Shown piece after piece: positions 35,487-49,716 of a stretch of DNA of 64,000 nucleotides. The stretch's first letter is position 1; every line of letters begins with the position of its first letter. The position numbers were made by a program, and so were the translations under genes. The notes below the pieces were generated by a model. The model saw nothing but the letters and a program-made list of their open reading frames with translations. It ran no database searches and was not told the DNA's origin. The stretch comes from a virus, in IMG/VR virus record IMGVR_UViG_3300029566_000004, one strand, 5' to 3'.

Positions 35487-38400
35487 ATGAGTAAATTATA
35501 CCCTCCAATCATTGAAAGTCGTTTACCCGCATTTAGTTTAACAGGTGGTAAAGGGTTAACTATTCCTTATCGCCAGAACCCTGCCGTTGGCGCTAATGAA
35601 GTAGATGGCTTTATTTGTTTAATTAAAACCTTGGGTGGTACAGAAAAAGGACGTTTATATTCTTAGACTAAGCCCAATTTAACCAATAATCTTGGCACTG
35701 TTACTTTTACATGGCATAAGCCAAGTACCGCAGAAAACAATGATAAGATAAAAAAGAGATTCGATGACAGCGCAGTTTTGTTAGCTTCATCTCCGCTCGA
35801 AGCTAGCGGAAGTGTGCCTGATACTGCTCATGATACTTCAGAATATATTTTAGGGCACCCTAATTATCAGTTAGAAGTAAATCGTATCTATAATGATGTA
35901 AATGATACAAATGCACTTGGTAATGAGCAATCATTAGACCATATACCAACAAGCGGTTATGATCCTGCCATTATTGAATTGATTAAACCAGAATATATAC
36001 CGCAAGATTCGGCATTTTTAGATGCAAGTCCAGGTGTATTGGCAGTTGAGGATTCATCCCCTACTGGAGGTACTGCTTTAATTGGTGATACTTCACAAGA
36101 AGATTATGATAATTATAAAAATATACCAATTGGCATTCGCGGCAATGCGATATTAATTAATAATAAATAGAATTATACTAATATTATTGATGAATTAAAT
36201 GGACAAACTATTTATAATACAGAGGGCAATTTTAATTTACAATACGATCAATTTTATAAAATTTAGTTGGCTTATTATCAAGGCGATGCAACTAATCTTG
36301 ATAATTTGTCTATTGGTTATTTTTCTGATGTAGCAATTATTAAATGTGTAAATTTGCCTAAAGCTATTATTGAGAATTTATCAATTAATTAGATTAATAT
36401 TATGAACAATAAATTTATTGGTGTCGTAAATAATTTGTATGGCACTGATAGACTTTATTCGTATCGTTTTGTTGTTGAAACTGTTAAATTAAATACTGAA
36501 CATGAGCATTAGATTGTATATGATACTGGTGAAATTTTATATACTGATTTTGATGATAAAATTTATACTAATTCTGATAATATTCAATTACGTTCTAGTC
36601 GTGTTGAATTGATTTATAATCAAGATCTAGAGTATATGCACAAGTACTATGTTACATTTTACGCAACGACCACTACAGGAATTAAAGTAGAATCTCCAAG
36701 CTATTTATTTAAAACTGGATATGCGATTCCTTTAAAATTTCATACACGTTATACACGACTTTTGGCGGAACCATTAATTAATAGTGGTGGTGTCAAGTTA
36801 AGCTTAACAACTGAACATGAAGCAATTGATACCAATACGGGGGAAAAAGTAATAACAAAAGATACAACTTTGTACAATGGTAAATTCCGCATTCTACGTT
36901 CAGATTCTCATTCTAAATATAAAACTTGGGATGAAATATTTTCTTTTGAATTACATGGTGAACATTTAGACCGAGCTTTATTTAATGATTTTACAATTGA
37001 ATAGAATACTGGATATCGCTATGCGCTACAACAATATAATCAAAAATTAGTTTCCAATAAATTATTGTCTAAAATAATTCATATTGATTATGAAGATATT
37101 TATCTGTCAGATGAAGACCATTTATTGCGAGTATGCTTTAATCCAAATATTTCTACCTTTAAACCAACAATTTTAGAATCTAAGTTGGAAACAATTGGTA
37201 GTAAATACCCTTATATGTTTAGAAATGGAATTGTAAACTATAAAGAATTTGCAATTACAGGCTTAATTTCTTATTTAATGGATAGTGACAATGTATTTTT
37301 ACCATATGAAGAAAGTATTTTTCAATTTGTAGAAAAAGAACCTCGTACAAACACTCGTAGTAAAATTGGTGTTAAACTTCCTGAAGAGTTTGACACAAAT
37401 AAAGATTCTATTAATTTAGTCTTAACTGATTTAACTGGTTAGAATATTTAGTATGAGCGTGATTTTAAGTTAAAAGTATTAAATTGGTTAACAAATGGCC
37501 AACCAAAATTATTACGTACGCCAACCGAAGGAAACTATATCGTTCGCTTAACCGGCGTATCATTATCTCCGTAGGCAGCTTTAGGGCGTATGTTACATAG
37601 CTTTAGTTGTACCGCATATGAAATCGATGAAGTAAATTTTGCGAATTTACAAAAATATCATTTATTGCGAATTAAATCTATTGCACCTCCAGAAGAGATT
37701 GAGTTAATATCAGACCAATTTGTATTTGATGAGCATGATTGTAAGGGTTTAATTAATCAAACTGATTTTTAGGCTTATTCAGATGAACAAGTTGGTGAAA
37801 CGAATTATCCTATTACCGCAATTCATATCCCAACTCAATCTGAATTGCTTGCAGCTATGCGTGATGACGGCGGATGGATTAATGGTTGGGCCAATCAAGT
37901 ACCACAGAATCTAACTAATGTGCGTTTTGAGGGATTTATACCAGGGTCTTATATTGGTTTAACCATGATTTCTTCTACTACTGGTGAAACTTATAAAGTG
38001 CCAATTTTAATTGGATTATCTGGTTGTTATAATGTATTAACTACAGATAAAATTAGTTTAGTTTATCCATTATGGGTACCGCCAAAACGCGTATGGAAAA
38101 TAAATGAAAAAATTAACTCTAAGGTAAGTAAGTTTGGTGCGCTTGGTTATTATACATATGAAGCGCAATCATTTAAAGGAACTATGTATTATTCTTATAA
38201 ACCATATTTAGTAGATAATACATTTAATTTAATTGATAGCGTTACTTTATCAGAAGATTTTATTCAAGTAACTGGATTACCTCGCAATTTAACGGCAGCA
38301 GAAACACCAAATTTAAAATATCCAAGATATTATTTTAATGTTAAAAATTAGTTAGATTTATTTGAATTTTATCAATTACATAATTTATTGACTAATGTGG

Positions 38401-40022
38401 CATATATTCATTCGATGCATTTTAGAGCACGTGATATTCTTGACTGTTATTTAATACCAGCACAAGATCTGTTGCCTTATGATTGGGATGAAACAAAAAA
38501 TGATTTTATTCAAGTAAATCGTTAGGGACAAGTCTTTTTATGTCGCACAGCGACTGCAGTGCCTTATAATAGTCCAAGGACTTATGACGGCAAGATTCCA
38601 TTATTAGTGAGTGAATTATTAGACCGCACTATTTATAGATGCCATTATTATAAAGATGGTCATGAACAAGTGAAAGATTTTGATGGCTGGCTTTTAAAAT
38701 TGGCTTTAGACAATTAGCATCGTAATATCCCAGAATGGGATTTTATTCATTATAAGTCAAATAGCTTAATTCAAAAATCATTATATGATTATGATTATGT
38801 TTATTTTAATAATTTACAATGGATGACTACTTGCGAAATTCCAGATGATAATTTTAATGCACAAATTACAATTGTTGTAGACGGTGAAGCCAGCGATCCC
38901 ATCACTTTTAATTATAATAATAATTTAACAATTACTGTAAAAACTGTTTCAGCAGAAGACGAGCAAGTATTAGCAAAAACGAAATTAACTACTGCCCAAG
39001 TGCAAATTAACCGTGATTCAAATGGTTATTCTTTCTTTGATTATCCTATTGGAACAACTTGCGAGATTGCGCTTGGGGCTAATGTTTAGGCGGATGCGAG
39101 CTTAACTGTAGCGCATTTAACTTATCAATTTCCCGCTTCCGCAGCGGCTGATACGTGGGCAAGAATTTTAAGTTGGTTTAGTGCTGCATTAAAAAAATAT
39201 TAGCAAAATTTTGCTAATAGTAACTCATCTTTAGATAGAACTTATTGGGATTATTAGATGCGTCATATTTGCTAGATCTACTTAGACTACTTAAATTGGT
39301 TTTTAATTGAAGCAAGTACTGTTGATCAGCCATTAATGATACCACCTATGCCTAGTTATAATTATTTTGATAATGCAGGAGTCAGTTTACCTTAGCTAAA
39401 CTATTGGAGAAATTTAGAATATTTATATGCAGATAGTGAAAGCTTTCCGCTAGAAAATGAAGAGCCAAAGTACGATCAAAATAATTTGATTTTTGCAGAT
39501 AAACTATACAATTATATTATTAAAGATATTAAGGCAGCTGAAATATCTGCCGCAGCGCCGGGCATTTATCGTGCGGCAGAGCCCATTTCTAATTTAGTGG
39601 GTTATATAGATAAGAATGGACAACTTATTACTTCAGTTGAACAAAATGGTTTAATTATTATTCCAAATAAAAGTGCTTTATTATTAGAAATGTCTCCTGA
39701 ATTGTTAGCTATTGAATCTAGTACTTCTAATATAGAAAATCAGTTAATGACGAATGATTTATATTCTGCGAAATCATTAAAAGATCTGGCAGCAAAAGAA
39801 GAACTTTCAATTCCCTTAGAATATGGCTACTATAAAGTTACAAATGATCTAACAGAAAATGAACTACTTAAACTAACGGTTGGTGGCAAATCATTGGCGC
39901 AAGTTATGCAAGACAATAATTTAGTAACATTGCATAAAAATACAATTTTATAGGTTATTCCTCCATTATATAGTAATGGTATAATAATTAATCCTACTAC
40001 TGGAGTTAATAATCAAGGATAA
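35487..40022 (+). CDS. Large tail/baseplate structural protein (1511 codons)
   Basis: An AAAGGAGGGA RBS precedes the ATG at 35487. Eight track ORFs share the frame. Gaps contain only TAG. TAA at 40020. Confidence 0.6.
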
Positions 40023-40039
40023 AAAGGAGGACTTTTATT

Positions 40040-43000
40040 ATGTTATATGATGCAAATTTTTTACAAAAACTAGATACACATCACGAACATACATATTACG
40101 TCCGAATACAAGCATTAACCTTTGATGAACGTCCACTAGAGCAGTTAGAAGGACGTATTACTTCTGGATCAATTAATCTTGATGGCAAGAGCGCAATTCG
40201 GCGCTCTTGCTCATTAAGCTTTATTGCTGAAGCAACTGAGATTAATGATTATTATTGGACATTTAAATAGAAATTTAAAGTTGAAATTGGTTTAGAAAAT
40301 AAAGTTGATGATTCATACCCATCTCGAATTTATTTTAATATGGGAACTTTTTTTATTACTAGTTTCAGTTCAACTTTTACTACTAATTCTGCCTCAATTA
40401 GTATCCAAGGAAAAGATAAAATGTGTTTATTGAATGGAGAATTGGGCGGCATTATTAATGCTGAAACAGATTTTGGTACTTATGACTATACTGATGCAAA
40501 TGGTGTTACAACGAATTATAAATTAACTATTCAAGAAATTGTTACAGATTTAATTTATAGTTATGCTCAAGAGCCATTATCTAATATCATTATATAGGAT
40601 TTAGATGATGTTGGTTTAGAATAGTTAGATTATAAGAACGACGATCCAATGTTTTTAATTCGCTCTTTTACAAGTGAGCGTTATGTGCTACCTTTGTTTA
40701 GTAGCGCTGATGTGACAGTTTATTGCTGTAAGGAAATCGGAAAAGACCAATATAAGTTTTCAGTATAGAAATTGAATAATGATAAAGTAATTATTTATGA
40801 TAGCCTAACTCGACCACTATTAGATAATAATTACATTGCTACACGATTTACATTTGAAGAAATGGATGAAACATAGACATATACGGCTGAATAGTTAAAT
40901 CAAATGCAATTATATTGCGCAGCTAAAATTACTTATGGTGAAGCAGTTGGCTACCGGGTTTGTCCATTGGTCTATGCGGGAGATTTAATTGCTAAAGCTG
41001 GCGATACAATTACTTCTGTGTTAGATAAAATTATAAAAATGTTAGGTGAATTTGAATATTTTTATGATGTTGATGGACGTTTTGTATTACGTCATAAAAA
41101 ATCATTTATCAATACTGTTTGGTTGCCAGAAATGGTAACAATTAGTTCGGATGAGGGAAGAGATCGTTATTGGCTAGATTATCAATATGCAACACCATAC
41201 ATATATGAATTTAAAGATACTAAATTAATTACTAATGTACAAAATTCTCCATAGTTAGCTTCAATTAAAAATGATTATACGGTTTGGGGGGAGCGCGTTT
41301 CTGCGGCCGGTGGTAAAGTACCTATTCATAGTAGATATGCTATTGACACTAAGCCAATTATATATGTCAGTGTTGCTCCTGATGCCGAACCAAATGTCTG
41401 GACTACTTTATCAGAAGCTGAATTTAAACACTATCAACTTAATATGCCATGGCTTAAGTAGCGTTTATTGTCGCGCATCTAGCTACATGCGTCATTAGAT
41501 TGGCGTGAATTAATTTATCAAATGGCTAAGGAATATCGTCAATACAATCATAACCATAACAATTTAGAATTTGAAGACTATCAAATTACGCTGGCAAAAC
41601 GCAATGAACCTTATTATCCAAATGGTCATACTGGCTATGAGCAATATTATATTGATTTAGAAGGTTTTTGGCGTCAATTATATTGGCCTTATGATAATAC
41701 TGATGAAGATGTTTTAAATGAAATGAGCGTTTATAATAAAGTAGTAGATTATAGTGAAATAAATAGTTCTAATTTATCTTAGTATTATATTAATGGTGTA
41801 TACCGTCCTAATAGTGCTGGATTAAAAATCTATTCTGAATAGGGAACAACTGAATTAGAATTAAAAACTACAGAGCATCCATGTAAGTTATATGGCACAA
41901 CTGATAAATGGGTTATTTTAGATAGTACTCATTGGTATTATGTTGATGAAAATGGTAAAGGATTTAATATTCCTACTGAATTAGGAATCAGTGAAATTCC
42001 GCAAATTGGACAATTTACTACTAAATTAATGCATGGTTGGTATACGTATGATACTATTCGTAATTTTTTAGAAAAAAGTCCAAGTGCAGATACATTTGTA
42101 AAATTTATTTATACTACGGCATATGACATTTCAAGTTAGTTGTGGTATAAATATTCTGATATTTCGCAATCTTTTATACCTTATTTGGACCAATATGACT
42201 ATTGTCCTATTTTAGCCACAGAAAATTATCCTATTGAAGGAATGACTATTAAAGAATATTATGAAAGAACATTTGTGGATGGAGAAGCGATATATAATGC
42301 AATTTCTGAAAGCTATAAAGGTTCAAAATATATGTTATATATTTTAAATGATGTAGATACAAATATAAAAAATATTCTACAGTAGAAAGATATGTGGTTG
42401 TCATTAATATCATTAATTCTTGAACGCAATCAATTACTATATTCCTCTTGGAGTAATTGGCAGAAATGGCTCAATGACAATGATTTTATTGAATTATTAA
42501 CATCAATTACCAATAATGTTTTATAGCAAGACTCAATAGAGCGTCGTTGGTGGCAAAATGAAATAATGACTACAGCTGATGCTATAATAGCTTTGCGTAT
42601 TGCTTTAGAGATGGAAGCATCTTCTCCTGAGTTATTATTGAAATATGATTGGAATCATGATGGATAGATTACTCTTACAGATGCTTTATTGATTATGCGT
42701 TCAGTATATAATCTTGATATGATTAACATTTCTTTGCCCAGTAGTATTTCATTAATAGATTTAAAAAACTTTATACAAAATGTAACAAATAATTATGGTG
42801 AAATAGTAGATAATTTAAGTGATGAGTTAATTGCGCAATATGATTTAGATGATGATGGATAGATTAATGAAGTTGAAATTTTTCTATGGACTTATATTTA
42901 TAATTCTTTGGTGTTAGCTGATAACTCAGAATTATCAAAATTAAACCCATTGGCACATTTTATTGTATCAAACATAATAGCTTGTCCTAGTGCAATTTAT

Positions 43001-44083
43001 GATTATTTTGTAAATTCTACTAGCACTAAGGATTAGCCCTTAATTTATGATGATTTAATTGGTTTAACTGTACAAATTAACAACACAGAGCTAATATCGG
43101 AATTATTTCAATTATTAAATTTTAATTCACTTTATCAATTGTAGTGGCTTTTAAATATGTACTATGATTTTATATATGATAATTTCTCTGTTTTGAAAGA
43201 TGCGCATATGTTATCATATCAATTATTTATAAATCAATTAGCTGCAAAAACTGATTTATACTATAATGCCAATAGTAATGAAAGTAAAAAAATGTAGTTT
43301 AATAAATTTATTACTTTATTTAATTCACATTACATTTATGATAATTTAAATTATTATAATTTACAGCATATAAAAATACATCCAATTTTATCAACATTTT
43401 ATCATTTAAATGAGCAGCCTATTGAACAATTAGCGATTATTCCATATGATATTCATGGTAATCCCACTTATTTAACACGTCACTATGAGAAAATAAATTA
43501 TTATACTCGTGATTTATTATATTATGGGGCGAGTGATGGTATACGAGCATATTGGAATAAAGCAGTTTATGAAGCTCCTTATACATTAAATTTCTGGTTT
43601 GATTTTTTAGATACAGATGGTAGTATTTCGGCATATGCTACATCCGAAATAGGAGACAGGCCAATAGTGGTTAATGATACTAATTTAAAATCCATTTTTT
43701 ATAGAGAAATTCCAAAAATTTTAATTTATACTTTTGATCAATTCCAAGATGAAAAAATAGAATTAAAATCTGGTTATGGCTATATTTTATTGCCAGCTGG
43801 TTATGAACAATATTTTTCTATTTCTTCACGAGGATTAAGTATTAAAAATAAAATTGATGATTTACTTTATCAACATACCTATTGCAATTAGACAATAAAT
43901 TTAACTTGTATACCTATTTATTATTTAGATGTAAATAGTCGTATTTATATTGGTGATAAAAGATTAGGGATTGATGATGATTTCGCCATTTAGAGCATTA
44001 GTTATTCATTAAATTATAATGGCACGATGTCTTTAAGTGCAGCAAAAATTTAGCCTAATTCAATATTTGAGAGAGAGGAGTAA
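40040..44083 (+). CDS. Large tail-tip/baseplate protein (1347 codons) with dockerin/EF-hand-like calcium loops
   Basis: An AAAAGGAGGA RBS precedes the ATG at 40040. One frame runs to the TAA at 44081 with only TAG interruptions. The N-terminus resembles tail-protein families with a ...GSINLDGKSAIRRSCSL... motif. Confidence 0.6.
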
Positions 44084-44088
44084 TTAGC

Positions 44089-44511
44089 ATGGCAAAATTA
44101 ATTGAACAATGGTTGCCTCCTATGGATAAATTAGGGAATTTAAATTTAATAGATGAATAGGGTAACCCAAGCAATACTTGGGTTATCCCTTTACAAAAAC
44201 GGCAAGTTGCATCGATTGGTATTCAAGGTCCAGAAGGATTAATGTTTAGTATTAATGGCGCGCCAACTAATAAAACTAATTATTTGACTATTGGTGCTTA
44301 TGGTGTTTATAATTTAACACGTCATGATATTCAAGATTTAACCATTCGATCTATTACTATTTATTTTACAGAAACAAATAGTAAATGGTTAACAAAAAAT
44401 CCTTGGCCAATTATTGTTGATGTTGTTTATAGCGAAGAAGAATATAAATTCATCGAAGCTACTACGCCTGATACAAATAATTCAGATCTAATTAATGATT
44501 CCAGTAAATAA
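44089..44511 (+). CDS. Hypothetical tail-associated protein (140 aa)
   Basis: The ATG at 44089 follows GAGAGAGGAG. One TAG, TAA at 44509. Confidence 0.5.
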
Positions 44512-44531
44512 GAGAGAAAGGAGATTATTAA

Positions 44532-47500
44532 ATGAGTAATATTATTACAACGGATAGTTTATATAATAATCAATTTACATAGAATTCTACATATAAAGAA
44601 TTACTAATCTTTAGAAGCAGATGGGATGCAGATAACCAACCCCGTAGTGGCACGGGCGCACTTGTTAATAATGAAGAAAAATTATTTTGGATAAAAACAA
44701 TTAAAGATTACCCATATGTAGAAATCAGTCATGGCAAACCAAATATGGAATGGGCTGATGGTACTGCTACGCCACTTGTTAATTCTAATAACATTTGTGT
44801 ATCATCCTCTGTGGCTAATAATCCGGTTGCTACAAACGCAACTGCATTGGAATGGGGATCGCAAATCCTTATTGCTAAGCCAATTGTTGCAGATACAGGT
44901 CATGTGATTGGTACAAAAAGTACAGGCATTAATATTCCAAAAGTTAATGCAATTGAAAAATTAGAAATGCGCAGTCATACTGCTAATAATTAGATAGAGT
45001 ATACTTTTGCGCATAAAACTATTAACAATCCGCCTAATTCCTCACCAATTGCAAATGCAACGGTTATTCAAGAAAGTCAAAATAATACTAGACCTAAATC
45101 TAAAATAAAATTTGGGAAAACTTATGATATATCACAAGATCAATTTGATCAATGGGGTCATTATCTATCTCAATCTACTTAGACAATAGATATGCCAAAC
45201 ATTAATGCAACGTCTCCAATAAGTGTTACTTTAAACAATGGTGACGCTTAGATATCTCATAGTCTGGCAACAATTGTTGAAACTACGCCACAATTTTCAA
45301 CTTATACTAATTCTACGAACACGAGGGTCAAACTGCCAGAATTGACATTAGAAAATAATTATAATTTAGAAGGCCCTCATACAGATGCATATGGACATGC
45401 TAATGCATAGGCGCAATTTGGTTTTGCTTTACGACATCACTTACCTTTAACCAGGAAGGCTACAGCGCATACTTATTTAAGTGATACTACTGGTAAAACT
45501 ACAGCAATAGCTAGACCAAAGCGTGACGGAGACGCAAGCAGAACTGCTCCAGAAAACCCAATTTCATCGCCTATTGATAAAATTAAAATGGCAGCAGTTA
45601 TTTATGCAGGAGATAATGATGGCAATCGTCAGTCTTGCGTATATTTAAATGATTCTACAGATACAATAATCAATATTTATTTTTTAAATAAATCATTAGC
45701 TACTAATGCTGGATTGCGCAATGCGTATTTAACTTTTACATTTCCAACAAATATTACAGTTACAGAAACTATTATGAATCAATCTTACATAGCTTCTACT
45801 GATACGCAATATCATTATTAGTTACTTAATAATCCAGATATAAATAATCCAATTAATATTTTAAAATTATCAGTGCGTTCAACAGGGATGATAAATAAGT
45901 CAGCGATTAATATATAGGTTACACCAGCTATTATTGAAGCGATTGATATCCCATGCACAACGGCTACTAATCTAGATGATAATGACCCTGATTCGAATAC
46001 CATTATAACTTGGCAAGAAGATGCAATTTTACAAACGCCAGTAATGCAATTTAATGAACAAGGTCATATTAATGATATTTTAACCAAAGGCATTGCTTTC
46101 CCACATTATACTACTCCTTATGGACGAGAAACTACATTTAGTAAGGCAATTGACTATTTAAATCGTTATTTATCACCTAATCCTCGTAATAGTGTAATTG
46201 ATTAGTATTTAACTGGCGCGTCGCCAATAATTGAAATTCCTACAAGCGATTCTCCTGGGTCTGGTGATTAGTAGATTTATAGTTCATATATTGAAGTAGT
46301 TTTATAGGCTTGTTTATTAAATAACGGAAATGGTTTAGTAACTGGCAAGTCTCTATCTTTCGCTGGCTTACAATTTTCTTTATATCAATATGATGAAACT
46401 GCAAATAAATGGCAGCCTTATGTTTGGCGCAAATCTATTTCGACAAATCAAGCTGAATTAGAGATTGGTAATAATAACAATACTTCTAATACTGGATACA
46501 TTTATTTAACTGATACTAAACAACGAATTGCTTTTGTTTTATCATAGCCTTATATAACAATAAATAATGAAATTTAGAAATATATATTAACAGGTAATAA
46601 TGTTGAATTACTATGGGATACATCAACTTATGGTTATGTTATTAATTTACCTGCGGTTAAAGATATTTCTCAAATTAATCCATATTAGTTAATTCAAATT
46701 TCATTAACTAAAGACGAAAGCTATTCTCCAAGCCCATCGCCAGATGTGCATAATGTTGAATTTAGAATTTGTGCAGCAATGAGAACTGGACTTAATACCC
46801 CACAAGGATGTAAGTTTTCTTTATATAAATCTATACAAGGAACAACTTTATACGATCGAATTGGTGCTCCTTATCAAATTAATGATATTTATATTGATGA
46901 AGCAAATTTATTAACAGATGTTAATCATTATGAATTTTATACTTCATAGATATAGACTATTGATTCCAATAGTCTTAATACTATATATGTAGGTTTGGAT
47001 ACTACAACAAATCAAACAATAAGTTTTAATTATGTAACTTGTCAATTGGCAGAAGAAATAGCTATAGGGAATAATGTTATTGCGTTTAAAAAGTTTACTC
47101 GTGGTATTAAGCCATCTATGGATCAATATGTGCTATTTGTCGTGGTAGACGAACAAGGTTATCCGCCAGTCAGACCAATTAATCCTACAGCCAGTGAATC
47201 TGAACAATCTTCTAAAAATGCAGGAATGGAAAATCGTATATCAGCTTTAGAGCAAGCCACATTACAATTAACTAATATTAGTGATTTAAAAAGTGTAAAC
47301 AATTTAATTTCACGTGTTGCTAATTTAGAAGATGAAATTAATCCTATTGAATATGACGCTGCAGTTGGGCAAATGATAGCAAAAAATCGTTTTGAGAAAA
47401 TTGATGCATAGACCAAATATTTAAATAAAAATAATTATCCAATAGATTTAGCTGATGCGTTTTCAAAATTATTAATGTGTTATACTGGATTAGTGAAAGA

Positions 47501-47645
47501 ATTAGCTGGTAAATTCTATAGCGATAATTAGAATCAATTTATAGCGACATTTGCATTGCCTCTTCTTAAAGAGAATGATAATTAGTCATATTTACCTAGC
47601 GATGATATACCTTCGTTAGATTCTAATACAGGAGGCGGTAAATAA
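44532..47645 (+). CDS. Tail fibre / receptor-binding protein candidate (1037 codons)
   Basis: A GAGAGAAAGGAG motif precedes the ATG at 44532. One frame runs to the TAA at 47643, and every interruption is TAG. Confidence 0.55.
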
Positions 47646-48133
47646 TGAATCTGAATTCAATTTTAGGCAATTTTGTTAAATTTGTACGTGGCACTCCAAC
47701 TGCATATAATAATCTTCAACAAAAAAATCCTGATACATTGTATTTTATTACTGAAGACAATGCTTCTTCGGGTAAATTATATTTGGGAAATAAATTAATA
47801 GGTGGCTCTATCACAGGAGCCACCTCTCTTTCTGAATTAGTTGATGTCTTCTTAGATAATAATTTATCGGTTAATCATATTTTAGTCTATGAAGGTAATC
47901 ATTGGGTTAATAAAGATATTCGAGATATTTTTGAGATATCTATTGGTACAATGCAAGGCGCAACTAAAGATACTGATGGTAAAATAGGTTTAGTACCTGC
48001 GCCGCAGGCCAATCAATAGGACACTTATCTTCGAGGAAATGGAACATGGGATAATCCTATAGCTACATACTCTGAACAAATTAATACTATGATTCAAGAA
48101 AAATTACAATGGTCTACCATTGAAGAAAATTAA
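47645..48133 (+). CDS. Tail fibre-like protein (162 aa)
   Basis: TAATG overlap with the upstream gene. The motif GLVPAP...-[TAG]-DTYLRGNGTWDN resembles the fibre motif G-x-VP-x-P...FLRGDGTW. Confidence 0.55.
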
Positions 48134-48159
48134 AATAAATAAGAAAGGAATTTTTATTT

Positions 48160-49692
48160 ATGGCGACAAAATTAAATACTGCTGTAACGTTTGTACATGG
48201 TACACAAACTACATTAAATACTAAAGGTATTACCAGTGGTCAAATTTATTTTACTACTGATACTAATCGTTTGTATTGGGCAGATCCCAGCGATAGTGGA
48301 ACATTAAAATGGATTGATGGCGTGAGACGCACCAATGCATTGCCTAGCGCTCCGGGTTCATATAATCCAAGTGGTTCAATTTTAGTTGTTACACAATCTG
48401 ATGATAATGGTGCATATGATGGAGTCTATATTGCCGATGATACTAGTTGGATAAAATTAGATGCAACTACATTAAATAGTAGTATTACTACCGATAATAA
48501 TACCGCGCATATTTCTCTAACTCCTCAAGGAAAATATACTAAGGGGACAATGTTTGATATTAAAGGAGACGGCAATGTAACAATTAGCTCTGATTCAAGC
48601 ACAATTACTATTTCTGTTCCGACTCCAACTAATACGCATTTAGTTGCTAATGACCATGCTTTATCCGCGACTATAACTAATGGCGATTTATCCATTAATA
48701 TGTCTGCCTCTGATAGCGAAAATAATACAGTCAATGGTAAGATAATTATTAATGGCGGTTCAAATATTCATATTGACCAGAATGAGCTTGGCAATATCGA
48801 ACTTTCTGCAACTAATACTTAGCTTGCAGCTACCACCACCGCAGTTAATTTAACACCAGCATCTTCAACGAATGGTGTTAAAATTGTTACAACTATTTCT
48901 GATACTGCTTCTAATGCGGCTACTGGTAATTTTGAGCTTGTTGGCGCTGATGGTATTGCGATTTCCCATAATAATAATGTTATTACTTTAACAGGTGGTG
49001 CGGCAGGAGTTATTGGAAATATTAAAGATTATGTAAATTAGGCATTAGCTGATGCTCTTGGTGACTTAGACGCTATGAAGTTTAAAGGCGCAATTAGCGT
49101 AGCTGATTTTAATAATTTAAATCCTAGTACATTTGAAAGTGGTTGGGCTTATAAATTTATTACTTCTGGCACAGTAACAGGCGCTTCTGCGGATGTTGAT
49201 ATTGGTGATATGGTTATCATGTCACAAGATGCAAGGAATAATTGGATTTATAATATTATTCCTTCTGGTGATGACACTGATGTTTATTATACACCTTCTA
49301 ATGATGCTACAAATCATCAGGTTAAATTCACTGATAATACTGGCACTTTAACAGTAGCACATAAAATTATTGGTGCTAATGGTATTACTACAACTGCTTC
49401 AGTAAATGGCAAAACTTTAACTGAGACAATTAAACATGTAACAATTACACCAACCAGTACAAAAGCTACAGTTGCTAATAATTTCGTATCTACAATGACT
49501 TTTGATGACTACGGTCATCCGAGTACAGTTACATATGCACCTGCTCATGTTGCTGTAACACCTACTGCGAGCTCTTCAACTGTTAATACATTTATTAATG
49601 GTTTAACATTTGATACTTATGGTCATGTTACCGCATACACAAACGCTACTGTTGATATCGATACAAATATGTATTGGCATACACTTAGCTAA
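48160..49692 (+). CDS. Tail fibre protein (510 aa, Thr/Asn/Gly-rich)
   Basis: The ATG at 48160 is followed by TAGs at 48820 and 49039 and a TAA at 49690. The N-terminus parallels the gene at 47645 (FVHGT...LYF.TD...LY). Confidence 0.55.
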
Positions 49693-49716
49693 TTTTAAAG
49701 AAGGGAGTTGATAATA

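Noticed and set aside
35453-35494. Mini-ORF ATGTATATAAAAACAAATATAAAGGAGGGATAG upstream of the gene at 35487
   Set aside because: It contains the RBS of the downstream gene and is only about 10-13 codons long. There is no evidence that it is more than leader sequence.
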